Virus record (IMG/VR): IMGVR_UViG_2667528155_000006
Location: 1 to 12,882 of that record
Length of the DNA: 12,882 nt
Origin: a virus
Taxonomy: Duplodnaviria > Heunggongvirae > Uroviricota > Caudoviricetes
Strand: one strand, 5' to 3'
The notes beneath the pieces were generated by a model, which was given only the letters and a program-made list of their open reading frames with translations, did not search any database and was not told where the DNA came from. How positions within the stretch are numbered: the stretch's first letter is position 1; each line of letters opens with the position of its first letter. Shown piece by piece: positions 11,514 through 12,882 of this stretch. A program made the position numbers and the translations under genes.

Positions 11514-12407
11514 ATGACGAATTTAAAAGCAGTTATTCCTGTAGCGGGTCTTGGGATGCATATGTTGCCTGCCACTAAGGCGATTCCCAAAGAGATGCTA
11601 CCGATCGTCGACAAGCCAATGATTCAGTACATTGTTGACGAGATTGTGGCTGCAGGGATCAAAGAAATCCTCCTGGTAACTCACGCGTCCAAGAACGCGG
11701 TCGAAAACCACTTCGACACCTCTTATGAATTAGAATCTCTCCTTGAACAGCGCGTGAAGCGTCAACTACTGGCGGAAGTGCAGTCCATCTGTCCGCCGGG
11801 CGTGACCATTATGAACGTGCGTCAGGGCGAACCTTTAGGTTTGGGCCACTCCATTTTATGTGCACGACCTGCCATTGGTGACAACCCATTTGTCGTGGTA
11901 CTGCCAGACGTTGTTATCGATGACGCCAGCGCCGATCCGCTACGCTATAACCTTGCTGCCATGATTGCGCGCTTCAACGAAACGGGCCGCAGCCAGGTGC
12001 TGGCAAAACGTATGCCGGGTGACCTCTCTGAATACTCCGTCATTCAGACCAAAGAACCACTGGATCGTGAAGGTAAAGTCAGCCGCATCGTCGAATTTAT
12101 CGAAAAACCGGATCAGCCGCAGACGCTGGACTCAGACATCATGGCCGTTGGTCGCTATGTGCTTTCTGCCGATATTTGGCCGGAACTTGAACGCACGCAA
12201 CCTGGTGCATGGGGGCGTATTCAGCTGACTGATGCTATTGCCGAACTGGCGAAAAAACAGTCCGTTGATGCCATGCTGATGACCGGCGACAGCTACGACT
12301 GCGGTAAAAAAATGGGCTATATGCAGGCGTTTGTGAAGTATGGACTGCGCAACCTGAAGGAAGGGCCAAAGTTCCGTAAGAGCATTGAGAAGTTGCTCGG
12401 GGAATAG
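11514..12407 (+). CDS. galF: GalF, UTP-glucose-1-phosphate uridylyltransferase paralogue / regulatory subunit (297 aa)
   Basis: ATG at 11514 preceded by AGGTGGA (11500-11506, 7-nt spacing); [68 protein letters not shown]...; 297 aa. The ORF track's GTG at 11502 adds 4 codons and is not favoured. Confidence 0.92.
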   Translation: MTNLKAVIPVAGLGMHMLPATKAIPKEMLPIVDKPMIQYIVDEIVAAGIKEILLVTHASKNAVENHFDTSYELESLLEQRVKRQLLAEVQSICPPGVTIMNVRQGEPLGLGHSILCARPAIGDNPFVVVLPDVVIDDASADPLRYNLAAMIARFNETGRSQVLAKRMPGDLSEYSVIQTKEPLDREGKVSRIVEFIEKPDQPQTLDSDIMAVGRYVLSADIWPELERTQPGAWGRIQLTDAIAELAKKQSVDAMLMTGDSYDCGKKMGYMQAFVKYGLRNLKEGPKFRKSIEKLLGE

Positions 12408-12652
12408 ATCCCAAGCCAATGTAACAATAATTTAGATAAATAGCGGCAGCTAACATCCCGGCGTCTATGCTTTAAACAAAGGAATGTTACTGTCGTTTTT
12501 CTTTTTAAAACAAAGAATAACAACGAGTTAACCTACTAAGTTTAATCTATTTTTTGTTGGATTTATCCTTGTTTCTGACAGCATTTGGTAAGACAATTGG
12601 CGTTTGAATTTAAGATAGCTTTGCGATAGCTAGCGGGGCGGGGTACATCTTT

Positions 12653-12691
12653 GGCATTTTGCTAGTGCACTGGTAGCTGTTAAGCCAGGGG
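12653..12691 (+). promoter_or_regulatory. JUMPstart element (39 bp) containing the ops motif GGCGGTAGCGTG (12680-12691); RfaH-dependent antitermination signal upstream of the O-antigen cluster
   Basis: Sequence TAGTGCACTGGTAGCTGTTAAGCCAGGGGCGGTAGCGTG matches the JUMPstart consensus as recalled, and its 3' 12 nt are an exact ops element; located in the AT-rich galF-to-O-antigen intergenic region where this element is expected. Confidence 0.85.
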
Positions 12692-12800
12692 CGGTAGCGT
12701 GGTAAGATTGTGTTTATATGATGCGTTCTCAAAATAAGAAATAATAATCCTGACTATTTTTATACTATTGATAATATCTGAAATAAACTTAAGAGCAAAC

Positions 12801-12882
12801 ATGAAAGTAATTGTAAATAATTTTTTTGATGGTATTTTGAAAAGAGGAATACCGATCTATACTTCTGAACTTGTGCAAAAGT
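12801..12882 (+). CDS. First gene of the O-antigen (or capsule) cluster downstream of galF, 3'-partial (27 codons visible); product not identifiable from this fragment
   Basis: ATG at 12801 about 110 nt after ops, with AAGAG about 7 nt upstream; MKVIVNNFFDGILKRGIPIYTSELVQK; strongly AT-rich codon usage typical of O-antigen loci; does not match the RmlB N-terminus (MKILVTGGAGFIGS...) found at this position in K-12. Confidence 0.55.
   Translation, partial: MKVIVNNFFDGILKRGIPIYTSELVQK

Noticed and set aside
12317-12523. 68-aa minus-strand ORF spanning the galF 3' end and the AT-rich intergenic region
   Set aside because: It overlaps galF antisense, has no SD, and its translation is low-complexity; the region is better explained as the O-antigen promoter/leader.

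Overview
The window holds two unrelated, well-known blocks joined head-to-tail on the + strand; I see no previously undescribed system. (1) Positions 1 to about 7825 are the late/morphogenesis region of phage lambda or a near-identical lambdoid prophage: the 3' part of terminase large subunit A (cut by the window edge), W, B (portal), C with nested in-frame Nu3, D, E, FI, FII, Z, U, and only the first ~27 codons of major tail gene V. Most genes are linked by ATGA stop/start overlaps. (2) Positions about 7826 to 12882 are the distal end of the E. coli colanic-acid (wca) cluster: a 5'-truncated wcaK, then intact wcaL, wcaM and galF, followed by an AT-rich intergenic region carrying a JUMPstart element with an ops motif and the first 27 codons of an O-antigen cluster gene that is not the K-12 rmlB. 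The most notable observation is the abrupt V'/'wcaK junction near 7820-7835, which has no att site, IS end or repeat and truncates both genes; it could be a real deletion/illegitimate-recombination scar or an assembly/engineering chimera. I found no tRNA, rRNA, CRISPR array or IS element. All protein identifications rest on recognising the translated ORFs from memory of the lambda and E. coli K-12 proteins; no database search was possible, so exact identity to reference lambda is unverified.
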